Of a stretch of 64,000 nucleotides of DNA, positions 1 through 9,951 are shown piece by piece (the first letter of the stretch is position 1; each line of letters starts with the position of its first letter). The position numbers and the translations under genes are program-made. The notes under the pieces are model-generated. The model was not told the origin of the DNA. It did not search any database and saw only the letters and a program-made list of their open reading frames with translations. The stretch lies in the NCBI RefSeq assembly GCF_000143415.4, contig NW_003314283.1, positions 857,769 to 921,768 on the forward strand, given 5' to 3'. The DNA is from Selaginella moellendorffii (taxonomy: Eukaryota > Plantae > Lycopodiophyta).

Positions 1-134
1 GCGTACCATTGGCGGTGCTGGACAAGATCGCGCAAGAGCGGCATTGGTTTGACCTAGATTCGAGCCCGAGACCCCCTTTTTCAAAGGCCGAGATATAAAC
101 CCCCCTAGAACCCTTTAGACCACGTCTAGGGTTT

Positions 135-1727
135 ATGGAAGACGTGGGAGAATATCGGTTGCTTCACAAGATCGGCGTTGGATCGTTTGCCACGGTATGG
201 AAAGCTATGCACAAGATCACTGGCGAGATCGTCGCGATCAAGGTGATCGTCCCGCGGATGGATCAGCTCCGCCAGCAGCTGGAACTGATCGCGCAGGAGC
301 AAGCCATCATGAAATCGATCGCACATCCAAACGTCGTCAAGCTCCTGGGGATGATCAGCGAGGATGAGCACGACGAGCTCTCCACGAGGTACCTGGTGAT
401 GGAGTTCTGCGAGGGTGGCGATCTGGATCACTACATTCACCTCAACAAGAAGCTCAGCGCTGGGGTCGCGAGGACGATCATGCTCCAGCTATCGGCGGCG
501 CTCCAAGAGCTCCGGAGGATGAACTTGATCCACCGGGACCTCAAGCCCCACAATCTCCTGCTCAAGAACAAGGTCGCGCCGGGGTCAGATCCAGAGGGAG
601 AAGAGATCGTGGTGAAGCTCACGGATTTTGGGCTGGCGAGGAAGCTCCAGCCGCAAGGAATGGCGCAAACGATGTGTGGAACGTATCTCTACATGGCCCC
701 GGAAGTGATCTCGCACAACAAGTATGACGCCAAGGCCGATCTCTGGAGCGTCGGGGTGATGCTCTACCAGATGATCACTGGGCGGAGGCCGTTCGAGGCC
801 TGCAGTAGCGAAGATCTCTTCCGCAAGCTCGGGAACAAGGTCCAGTTTCGAGGAGAGGATTGCTGGGATCCGGATTGCCGCGATCTTTGCGAGGGGCTGC
901 TGAGGAAGAATCCCTTGGAGAGGATATCTTTCGAGGAGTTCTTCAATCACAAGTTCCTGCGAGGATCGAGCAAAGCTGCACTGGTTTGCGATGAATTAAA
1001 AGCCGACAGCGTTGCGATCTTACACCGAGCGCCAAGGCCACTGGAGACGATCCCCGGGGATCGCCAGCGGCCTGTGAGAGGGAGGAATCCACTGATGGAC
1101 TCGATTGAAGAGAGGATTGCCAGAGAGTATGTGATGGTGTCTAGCCCCAGCTCTTCAAAGAACAAGCATCCTCACTGCCCGATTCCAAAGCCAGCACCGC
1201 CGCCGCCGCGTGCGCATCCACCGAGCAAGAATTCGAGCAAGGAAGATCTGGAGCGCAGCGAAACCCTGCGAATCTGCGCCAAATTGCTCGGCGAAGTGGC
1301 AAGATTCAAGCTACAAGACAGTAAGAAGCTTGAATCCCTCTCGCTCTGCCTCGCCGCGCTTGGATCGCTCAAGCGCGCCTTGAGCATTGCCACCACGCCC
1401 CAGCTCTTGGAGGATTTCTCGGCCGCCCTGGACGAAGCCGAGGCCGTAGCGGCGAATCTCGACAGGAGCTCGGATCAGGCGCTGCCAGATGCGGCGGAGA
1501 TAATCTATCAGGCAGCGCTGGCGGCAGGGAGAGCCGGGGCAGTGGACGAGATCCTGGAGAAGCGAGGGCGAGCATCGGTCGAGTATGCCAAGGCATCAAC
1601 GTTGCTCTTCTTTCTCATCATGGATGACTCCCCGATCCACCTACATTCGTTAGATGTTGCTAGCGCACACCATTGCTTCCACGCTATAACAGTGCGTCAC
1701 AAGCAGTGCAAGAACGCCAGCCACTGA
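135..1727 (+). CDS. ATG1: ATG1/ULK-like Ser/Thr protein kinase, intronless, 530 aa
   Basis: Kinase motifs GVGSFA, VAIK, HRDLKPHN, DFG, APE. Candidate ATG8-interacting motif EYVMV. C-terminus LPDAAEIIYQAALAAGRAGAVDE is typical of plant ATG1. TATA-like ATATAAA about 40 bp upstream. Confidence 0.9.
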   Translation: MEDVGEYRLLHKIGVGSFATVWKAMHKITGEIVAIKVIVPRMDQLRQQLELIAQEQAIMKSIAHPNVVKLLGMISEDEHDELSTRYLVMEFCEGGDLDHYIHLNKKLSAGVARTIMLQLSAALQELRRMNLIHRDLKPHNLLLKNKVAPGSDPEGEEIVVKLTDFGLARKLQPQGMAQTMCGTYLYMAPEVISHNKYDAKADLWSVGVMLYQMITGRRPFEACSSEDLFRKLGNKVQFRGEDCWDPDCRDLCEGLLRKNPLERISFEEFFNHKFLRGSSKAALVCDELKADSVAILHRAPRPLETIPGDRQRPVRGRNPLMDSIEERIAREYVMVSSPSSSKNKHPHCPIPKPAPPPPRAHPPSKNSSKEDLERSETLRICAKLLGEVARFKLQDSKKLESLSLCLAALGSLKRALSIATTPQLLEDFSAALDEAEAVAANLDRSSDQALPDAAEIIYQAALAAGRAGAVDEILEKRGRASVEYAKASTLLFFLIMDDSPIHLHSLDVASAHHCFHAITVRHKQCKNASH

Positions 1728-1970
1728 TTTCTTTAAATTATATTAATACTAAATAATACTTCATTTATTAGTTTGTAGCCATAATTATTTTTTATTTTTA
1801 TTATTTTATTTAAAAGAGTGTTTTTTCTTTTACGAATATTTTATCTTATTATACCAAATGTTTCATTATAGTTTATTCAATTTGCACTCAATGTTAATAT
1901 GTGATTTCCAATGTATTTATTCATTTATCTAGATATAAAATTGATATTTTGGGGCTCAATATATCAAGTT

Positions 1971-2203
1971 ATGGGTAGTTCAAAATTTTTAATTATATTA
2001 CTACTTCTAGCATATTTAATAGTTACACAATCCCGTGATTTATTTAATAATACTATATCTAGAACAGGTAAATTATATTTAAACTTTTTCTAATTCATTT
2101 TTATAGTTATATTCTTTCAGTGCCATGTCTTCCACAATATCATGCATGTTGGCCAATATTTTCTGTATGTTGTGATGATAGAACTTGTGTTTTTGTTTGT
2201 TAG
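1971..2203 (+). CDS. Predicted two-exon secreted cysteine-rich (inhibitor cystine knot/knottin-like) peptide, 59 aa
   Basis: Exon 1 is 1971-2067 (MGSSKFLIILLLLAYLIVTQSR..., signal-peptide-like). GT-AG intron 2068-2120. Exon 2 is 2121-2203 and reads VPCLPQYHACWPIFSVCCDDRTCVFVC*, pattern C-x6-C-x6-CC-x4-C-x3-C. Confidence 0.72.
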
Positions 2204-2649
2204 TATAGTTTGGTATTATTAAAAATTTCTTATACTAATTTGATTTCTATTTGTGGAAAAAGTTATTTATTAAAAATTAATTCATATTTATACTAATATA
2301 AAACTTTCCATTTTATGATAATATATATTTTTGTTCTCAATTTTATATTTATAGTTCCCCCTTTTGCCTTTAGAAATCATTGAGGATGTATGTTGAACAA
2401 CATAGAAAAGACTACAAGCATTGACAATGTCAAGAATATTGATGTTATAGTTCTACTTGACTAAAAACTTTTATATTAGAAGCACACCACCCTTCCTAAC
2501 CTCTAATCCTACCAATTCCTGACTGATCCTAAGGTCTATTGCTCTAATTCTTGCTCTTCTTCCAATACCTAATTGTGTGCATCAAGATCTTACTCTTGCT
2601 CTACATACACTTCTTCCATTATTTGAGTTATCTTGAGCCAACAACACTA

Positions 2650-3830
2650 GGTCGTTCTTGGGCTAACTTTCTCTAGTTATAGAACATAGAAGTAGACACA
2701 TTAGCTTGCATGTACACCATTTTGTAATTCTCTATATGTGAAGTAAAATCATAAGGTCTTCTTAATATAAAAACATAGATATAAAACTCAGTTTGTGCCT
2801 GCATTTTATCCATAACTTTAGCTTTTGATCTCTCTGTTTTTGTTCTTCTTCAAGCTGGATTGTATAGTCAATCAAGGCATGTTCTCAATGCCTAGATGAC
2901 AGCAGCATGTTCTTCACCTTGTTGGAGCTGGTGCATTGTTGGTTTCGCATAATCTAAGCTTTTGGAATGGGTTAATCTAACAGCCCAATGCTAAAGGTAT
3001 TGCATTCCAAAAGGGAAGAATTTAGGATACCTTCCAAGTCATCTTGAAGATGTCATACATTAGGGCTTTCTGTTGTGTCCATTAGTGTAGTGTGCTTAAT
3101 CCCAATTTATCTCATGGTATTGGAGTTGGGATAGTGCTATGGAAGGAAAACCATCCATCTGCAAGTTTGATGAAGAAGGTTTTGAGGGATTCAAGGTCCA
3201 TTTTGAATCCTACCTCTTGTTTCATGGTTTATTGGGGGTTGTAGATAGGACAGAGCTGGGGCTCTAGCATTGTTGAGGTGCATGACTGGATTCCAAGACT
3301 AGAAGGAGCATTGCAATGTGCCTGTTGCTACTTCATTAATTCCCAAATTCATTTTTGCAGCACTCTGGAAATGTTTGAGTACCTACAGCACCAAGAGTGA
3401 GATGGATATCTTCAACATCCATTCACAAATAGACTCCCTTAGGGTAGAGGAAAATGGTATTATATAGATTTATATTGCCAAGCTCTAGGGCTTCTTCACA
3501 CAGCTTGCAACTGTTGGAGAATGAGTATGGCCATCTCAACTCAGCAAGCAGCCCTTGAGCTTAGACTAGTTCCCTGCTAAAAGTAGTGAGTGCAATGTAC
3601 TTGGCTTCTATGTTAGAAAACACTACCACAAGTTGTTGCTTGGAGGCCCATGCAATGACACTTCTTGAGAAGCAAAAGCAGATTCTAGAAGTTGAGAAAT
3701 GGCCTTTATTGTTAGCAAAGATAACATTGATGTAGCATATCAATAATGCATCACCTCCCGAATAAAAAATGCACTTGGCAGCCACAAGCACAAAAAAGAT
3801 ACACACACTAGCCATTTTGATAACCAGTGA
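2650..3830. repeat. Segment duplicated at ~13910-15020, containing degenerate Ty1/Copia fragments
   Basis: Colinear similarity with 13925-15020 (e.g. agcttgcatgtacaccattttgtaattctctatatgtg). Minus-strand WASKQQLVVVFSNIEAKYIAL is Copia RNase H-like. Plus-strand 3363-3520 (SQIDSLRVEENG...YIAKL...QLATVG, with a stop) is gag-like. Confidence 0.75.
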
Positions 3831-4239
3831 AAATGTTACATCATAATGAAGGCCATAGGCAAGATGAATTTCTTTTTGGGATCTAGCTTTTTCAAAAGTT
3901 GATCAAGGATATGTGTATAGAAAGTGGGACATATTAGGACTAGAGTCTATCCAAACCATGGTGTGAGCAGCATGCAACAGATTTGGTTTGGTAAGTGACA
4001 CTCCTCACCACATATACAGTAGGGCTTGATTTGTATCAGAAGAGTGACCTTAAAACCCTCTACTACGAGCCAAGTCGAGAGCTTTCATCAAGCCACCCAG
4101 CTCGGTTGTCCTTCACGCACGTCATTGTTCTTGGAACTCCTTCGATTGCTGTAAGTTTCTTTCCTTGTTCTTAGTTCTTCATATCTTACCGACAATTTAT
4201 GTAGCTCGGGTATACTTCTTGGACGCAAGCTGATACGAA

Positions 4240-5420
4240 ACATTATACATTTTATGGTGACCTCCTCTCGGGAACTTGGGATGTATGGGGAAGCATAGCT
4301 GGCCATAAAGGAGTATGTTTTCTATTCAAGTTCATGCATTGTTTAGCTGATTTCTTATCTTGGCATGCAGGCGTTAGTAGCAGCCGCTATTGGTAGCCAT
4401 GGCAATCGAACAAAAGGAGAAAAGCTTTACAATTGCTTTACATTATTATTTCCTTCACTGTAAGTCATGTACATTTATTCCAGTTACATACCGAGTAAAA
4501 GTCCTTGTGCAGGTTCCAACTTATAGTGCTGATGTGCCAAACACCTGCAAGGAACTTTGGGTGTTCGCTAATTCTCTTTTGTCTCTATTTTCTTAAGTTT
4601 GGTCCTTTTCAGTTGGTATCATATATGGCGGGATTGTTTTTTCAATGCTTGGGCTAGTTGTTTGCTGCGCAGCAGCCCATACGGGAAAATAATTTTGTGC
4701 CAAACAAACCTTAAGAAGGCGTGAGGAGCTCTCGATCAATGGTTCCATATGCCTCTTGGAGCTCTACTTTGATCGGGCTTTGTTTCATCACTGAAACACC
4801 TCGCTGGGAAAAGAGTTCAATTTTCTCCTCAATATTGGAAATGCCGATCGTAGCAAAGATCTTGCTGCGGCTCTTCAGAAACTAGGAGGAAAAGATTATA
4901 ACATAAGCTCGGAGCTTTCAGAGATTCAGGTAATGGGAACGTTTAGTTTTCACTATAACATGAAGTGCATTAGAACGTTGCAGAGATATCCGCTAGTTAC
5001 AGAGCTATTTCAATTACGACTCTCCCAAGCTCTTTCTTCCTTTGTCTGTTTGTCTCAACACGAATATTTTTTCTGTATAGCCAGGAATAGACCTCATGGC
5101 CTCACAGCAATTTACTGGAGTCAACACAGTCATGCTCTATGCCGTTGAAATTTTCCGTACAGTCTAGCTACTTCTTGCAGGATTTATGTTAGCAAACGCA
5201 GCTTCCTTGGTTCTACCCATGTTGCAAGTAATTCTTGTGTATTGATTTTTTGCACGAAAGATCGTTTTCTGTATAACAGGTAACCGTGACACTCACCTTG
5301 GAAAAGGCTGGATGTTGCTGGTATGAGATCTATACTAACAGCGTCTAAATCATGTATAGTTATCATCCGGAGGCATGGCTCTCAGCGCTTTTCTTGTGGG
5401 ATTCTCATTCTTTCTACGTG
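4240..5420 (+). pseudogene. ERD6-like MFS sugar transporter, fragmented pseudogene
   Basis: Exon remnants translate to VPTYSAD, GLCFITETPRW, LAAALQKLGGKDYNISSELSEIQ, GIDLMASQQFTGVNTVMLYA, EKAG and SSGGMALSAFLVGFSFFL, in sugar-porter order. Frameshifts are present and there is no continuous ORF. Confidence 0.8.
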
Positions 5421-5755
5421 TAAGCTTAAAAAGATGCAATGACTTGCGAATGTTCGTGTAGCATTTTTTTTTCCTCGCGACAGAACTCATTCATTACCTT
5501 CTGGTAAGAAAAACCTTTTAAGTAAGCGTTCTAACTAAGTGACGCATCTTTCGATCCCAGTGCAGAAGCTCCCAAAGCTAGCTATATGGTCTAGAGTTTG
5601 GTTTGAAAATTGAAAGAAGTCAATCCAATTTTATGTTGTATCGTTTTCTTTTGGTCCCGGAAAGTATGTCAACCGGAAGCCTTAAATTGGGCGCCTTTCT
5701 AAATTGAAGATAGAAAATGGTGAAATTCCCTAAAACTTTTTAGGCGATTGGAGCT

Positions 5756-6907
5756 ATGGTTGAAAGCGTTATTGGACGAGAGAAAGGTCGTCCAAAGCGC
5801 CCCAGGTATGATCCAGATGGGATGGAGTGGCTATACGAAGACGAGAAATTCGATGTGGATGATCCACAGGATGTTCAGAATGCGTGCTATGGTATTCGGA
5901 CCTTTAGCGGAGAGAGATTGGAAGATATGTTGATGAATGCTAGGAGGTTGATTGCACGGCGATGCTTCGAGGAGAAGGTGTTCCGTCTGGTTGAGCCCGA
6001 GAGCGACAGCGACTTAAGTTGGATTGAGCCAGAGGCTGTTGCGATGCGGGACAGTTTCCAGGATCTCGTGGCCCGTGTGTTCTTCCAGGGGACTCTGGTG
6101 GGAGGAGGCGCTTTGATTCATCCCGATGGCTCGATTCTCACATCGATTTCCTGTCTTCCCAAGCCCCGTGGGGATCCAGACCACGTCTTTGAGGTGGAAT
6201 TCAAGTTCCTCAAGGTCAAGTACTCAGCCAGAGCTATGGATCTAGACGAGTTTTCTTTTACGGCGGTGCTAGTTCCCATTGAGGATCAGACCTCAACATT
6301 CCATGGCAAGCAGTGTTTCGACCGACATGTAGCGGTGTCCGACTGTGACCAGATCCTTTACGCCTTTCAGCTGGGTATGGACGTCCCCAAGAAACGTCCA
6401 ACCTCTATGGATCTCAAACAGCTATGTGTCAAGCAAGGGATTACCATTCGAAGCAAACCCAAGCCCAAGGTTTCAGAGCTGGTGGCGGCCTTGGAAGAAT
6501 TCCGAGTGATCAAGATGGTTTGCTATGATGACATTGGGATGCATGGAGAGCTCGCACTGTCCATGGGGGCCGTGGGTGACATGGCTATAGGGTGCCCGGT
6601 TCTAAATACTTGGGGACGAATGGTTGGAGTTATTTCGGCTATCCACAACGTTCCAGGGCGAGCCAAAGATCCACCGCTGCTTACTTTCTTTGGGGGAAGG
6701 GAGCCTTGCGAGTTCCAGTGCGTCGATGATTTAAACAAAGCAGATCTTCCGAAGGAGCTGAGGGACAACGTTGTTGCTGCTAAAACCATTGTGGAGTTTG
6801 CTAACGATCTCAACACAAAGTACCCGAGCTTGGAGTGGCAGGAAAGGAATCCCCTCGAGAACTTCAGGAAGAGGAGGTTCAAGGACGCGCCCCTTGATGA
6901 AGCTTAA
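5756..6907 (+). CDS. Trypsin-like (HtrA/Deg-type fold) domain protein, probably catalytically inactive, 383 aa
   Basis: GGGALIHPDGSILTSISCL resembles GSGFxIxxDGxILTNAHV. GDMAIGCPVLNTWGRMVGVISA resembles GNSGGPLxNxxGxVIGI. The catalytic His and Ser positions are substituted. Confidence 0.6.
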   Translation: MVESVIGREKGRPKRPRYDPDGMEWLYEDEKFDVDDPQDVQNACYGIRTFSGERLEDMLMNARRLIARRCFEEKVFRLVEPESDSDLSWIEPEAVAMRDSFQDLVARVFFQGTLVGGGALIHPDGSILTSISCLPKPRGDPDHVFEVEFKFLKVKYSARAMDLDEFSFTAVLVPIEDQTSTFHGKQCFDRHVAVSDCDQILYAFQLGMDVPKKRPTSMDLKQLCVKQGITIRSKPKPKVSELVAALEEFRVIKMVCYDDIGMHGELALSMGAVGDMAIGCPVLNTWGRMVGVISAIHNVPGRAKDPPLLTFFGGREPCEFQCVDDLNKADLPKELRDNVVAAKTIVEFANDLNTKYPSLEWQERNPLENFRKRRFKDAPLDEA

Positions 6908-7464
6908 ACTCATACTTTTCTATGTAAAGGTTTTTACTACTTTTAATAATAATTTAGCTTTATCGAGCTTAGTTTTCCTTTTCCAACGGCCAACTCCGAA
7001 GCTAACAAGCAAATGTTGCAACACTAACGCTTTGCCTTGTGATGCGATTGGTCTCTACTGTCAAAACAGATCCTTCTCAAACATTGCTTTATTCCAAGAA
7101 ATGTGGAAGTATGAATCAGCCTGCTTAAATTTCAAGTAGTAGTACTCACTCTCCTTTGTTTTAATGGAGTCGCATATGCAACTTGGAGGATTTGCAGAAA
7201 CACAATGAGGAAAAACATAAACCCAAGTGTAAGTTATACACTTACAAATTATAGCCGTTCATTTACTGGCTAATTATAAAATTATAGTATGTTCACTATA
7301 GGAATCATCAGAAGAAAACGTAGGCCCAGCGGACACTTCCCAGCAAGGTGGTCTTGGGTGATGACGAGGTGGAGCTCCGGTTCTCTACAATGTACACAAA
7401 GATAATGCCAGGACCAAAGCATAGCTGAAAGCTCTCAATCTCTCAGTGACAGTTTCATGGGGGT

Positions 7465-7742
7465 AGTGTATGTTTCTATACATAATTTTTTTAAAGGCTT
7501 TTTTGTAAATATTTTCTAGGGGTCAAACATACAAAGGACCATTAAAGAGATAAAAAGATTAAATCTTCCTCATAAACATGTTTAATATAATTTAAATAAT
7601 TCATTTATATTTTAGAGTAAACTTCCCATGAATAAGTCATATACATACGATAGCAAAATTTGGTCTTTTATATGTTTGACCCCAACCTAGAAAATATTTA
7701 CAAAAAAGCCTTTAAAAACATTATCGTATAGAAACATACACT
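7465..7742. mobile_element. MITE-like foldback element with ~75-bp imperfect terminal inverted repeats
   Basis: agtgtatgtttctata...aaaggctttttgtaaatattttctagg..gtcaaacata..aaggacca (7465-7540) is the reverse complement of 7661-7742. AT-rich non-coding core. Confidence 0.65.
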
Positions 7743-7917
7743 GATCCAGATCACCACCCTCGCAGAACTCCATCACCAGGTACCTCGTGGAGAGCTCGTC
7801 GTGCTCATCCTCGCTGATCATCCCCAGGAGCTTGACGACGTTTGGATGTGCGATCGACTTCATGATGGCTTGCTCCTGCGCGATCAGCTCCAGCTGCTGG
7901 CGGAACTGATCCATCCG
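7742..7917 (-). pseudogene. Inverted 5' fragment of the ATG1-like duplicate (kinase N-lobe)
   Basis: Reverse complement matches ~255-430 of copy 1 (RMDQFRQQLELIAQEQ...EFCEGGDLD). Confidence 0.9.
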
Positions 7918-7997
7918 TGACCAGTAATACACGAGAGACAACTTCCAGGACCAAAGCATAGCTGCAAGCTCTCAATCTCTCAGTCATGGGGGTAGTG

Positions 7998-9289
7998 CTA
8001 AATTCACCTCAACAAGAAGCTCAGCGCTGGGGTCGCGAGGACGATCATGCTCCAGCTAGCAGCGGCGCTCCAAGAGCTCCGGAGGATGAACTTGATCCAC
8101 CGGGACCTCAAGCCCCACAATCTCCTGCTCAAGAACAAGGTCGCGCCGGGGTCAGATCCAGAGGGAGAAGCCATCGTGGTGAAGCTCACGGATTTTGGGC
8201 TGGCGAGGAAGCTCCAAAGGAATGGCGCAAACGATGTGTGGAACGTATCTCTACATGGCCCCGGAAGTGATCTCGCACAACAAGTATGACGCCAAGGCCG
8301 ATCTCTGGAGCGTCGGGGTGATGCTCTACCAGATGATCACTGGGCGGAGGCCATTCGAGGCCTGCAGTAGCGAAGATCTCGTCTGCAAGCTCGGGAACAA
8401 GGTCCAGTTTCGAGGAGAGGATTGCTGGGATCCGGATTGCCGCGATCTTTGCGAGGGGCTGCTGAGGAAGAATCCCTTGGAGAGGATATCTTTTGAGGAG
8501 TTCTTCAATCACAAGTTCCTGCGAGGATCGAGCAAAGCTGCACTGGTTTGCGATCAAGAGAAAGCCGACAGCGTTGCGATGTTACACCAAGCGCCAAGGC
8601 CACTGGAGACGATCCCCGGGGATCGCCAGCGGCCTGTGAGAGGGAGGAATCCACTGATGGACTCGATTGAAGAGAGGATTGCCAGAGAGTATGTGATGGT
8701 GTCTAGCCCCAGCTCTTCAAAGAACAAGCATCCTCACTACCCGATTCCAAAGCCAGCACCGCCGCCGCCGCGTGCGCATCCACCGAGCAAGAATTCGAGC
8801 AAGGAAGATCTGGAGCGCAGCGAAACCCTGCGAATCTGCGCCAAATTGCTCGGCGAAGTGGCAAGATTCAAGCTACAAGACAGTAAGAAGCTTGAATCCC
8901 TCTCGCTCTGCCTCGCCGCGCTTGGATCGCTCAAGCGCGCCTTGAGCATTGCCACCACGCCCCAGCTCTTGGAGGATTTCTCGGCCGCCCTGGACGAAGC
9001 CGAGGCCGTAGCGGCGAATCTCGACAGGAGCTCGGATCAGGCGCTGCCAGATGCGGCGGAGATAATCTATCAGGCAGCGCTGGCGGCAGGGAGAGCCGGG
9101 GCAGTGGACGAGATCCTGGAGAAGCGAGGGCGAGCATCGGTCGAGTATGCCAAGGCATCAACGTTGCTCTTCTTTCTCATCATGGATGACTCCCCGATCC
9201 ACCTACATTCGTTAAATGTTGCTAGCGCACACCATTGCTTCCACGCTATAACAGTGCGTCACAAGCAGTGCAAGAACGCTAGCCACTAA
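7998..9289 (+). pseudogene. ATG1-like duplicate, 5'-truncated and frameshifted
   Basis: Near-identical to 431-1727. A 5-bp deletion (gccgc) at ~8217 shifts the frame just after DFG. The Gly-loop and VAIK are missing. Confidence 0.9.
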
Positions 9290-9789
9290 TTTCTTTAAAT
9301 TATATTAATACTAAATAATATTTAGTATTATTATTGATTAATTTGTAGCTTACATAATTCTTATTTGGTTTGCTCAAGATGGTAATGACTATACTTAAAA
9401 TATGTTTGGATATTCTAAGATATTTTACCATCTAATAGTTGTTATTTATTTAAATTAATTTTGTATTAATAATTTATAAACATGTTTAAAATTTATAAAC
9501 TTTCTTAAACACTTTCTAGTATATTCGTTTTTATTCTACCATCTAATGGTTGATATGGAATAAGATTAATCTTGTGTTTATAAATATAAACACGTTTATA
9601 ATTATAAACTTTTGTTTGATCAATTGGATTAAGAAGTAAGAATAAAATTACTATTAAGAAAAACAACCGTTGCTACATGCAAAGTGTAGCAAATTATTAT
9701 TTTTATTATTATAATATTATTTTATTAAAAACAGTGGTTATACTTTTTTTGTTTTTAAAAGATATTATTTATTATAATTCAATTTGCAC

Positions 9790-9951
9790 TGTGAGTGCTT
9801 GGAATATAGAAAGGGAATACAAAAATGTGCATATCAATTAACCCAAAAACCCTAACTTATATACAAAAGCAAGTGGTCCAGATTGAAACCAATCCGATGG
9901 CTACCAAAATCCCGCTACGCTAATATTAATATATAGCATTGTAACCGTACA
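9790..9951 (-). repeat. Putative 3' LTR (~160 bp) of the Gypsy element
   Basis: TGT...ACA ends. Adjacent purine tract on the minus strand. Homology to the ATG1 copy-1 flank stops at aatttgcact (9790). Confidence 0.6.

Noticed and set aside
8195-9289. 364-aa ORF as a functional kinase
   Set aside because: Non-ATG start created by a frameshift; lacks the Gly-loop, VAIK, HRD and DFG in frame.
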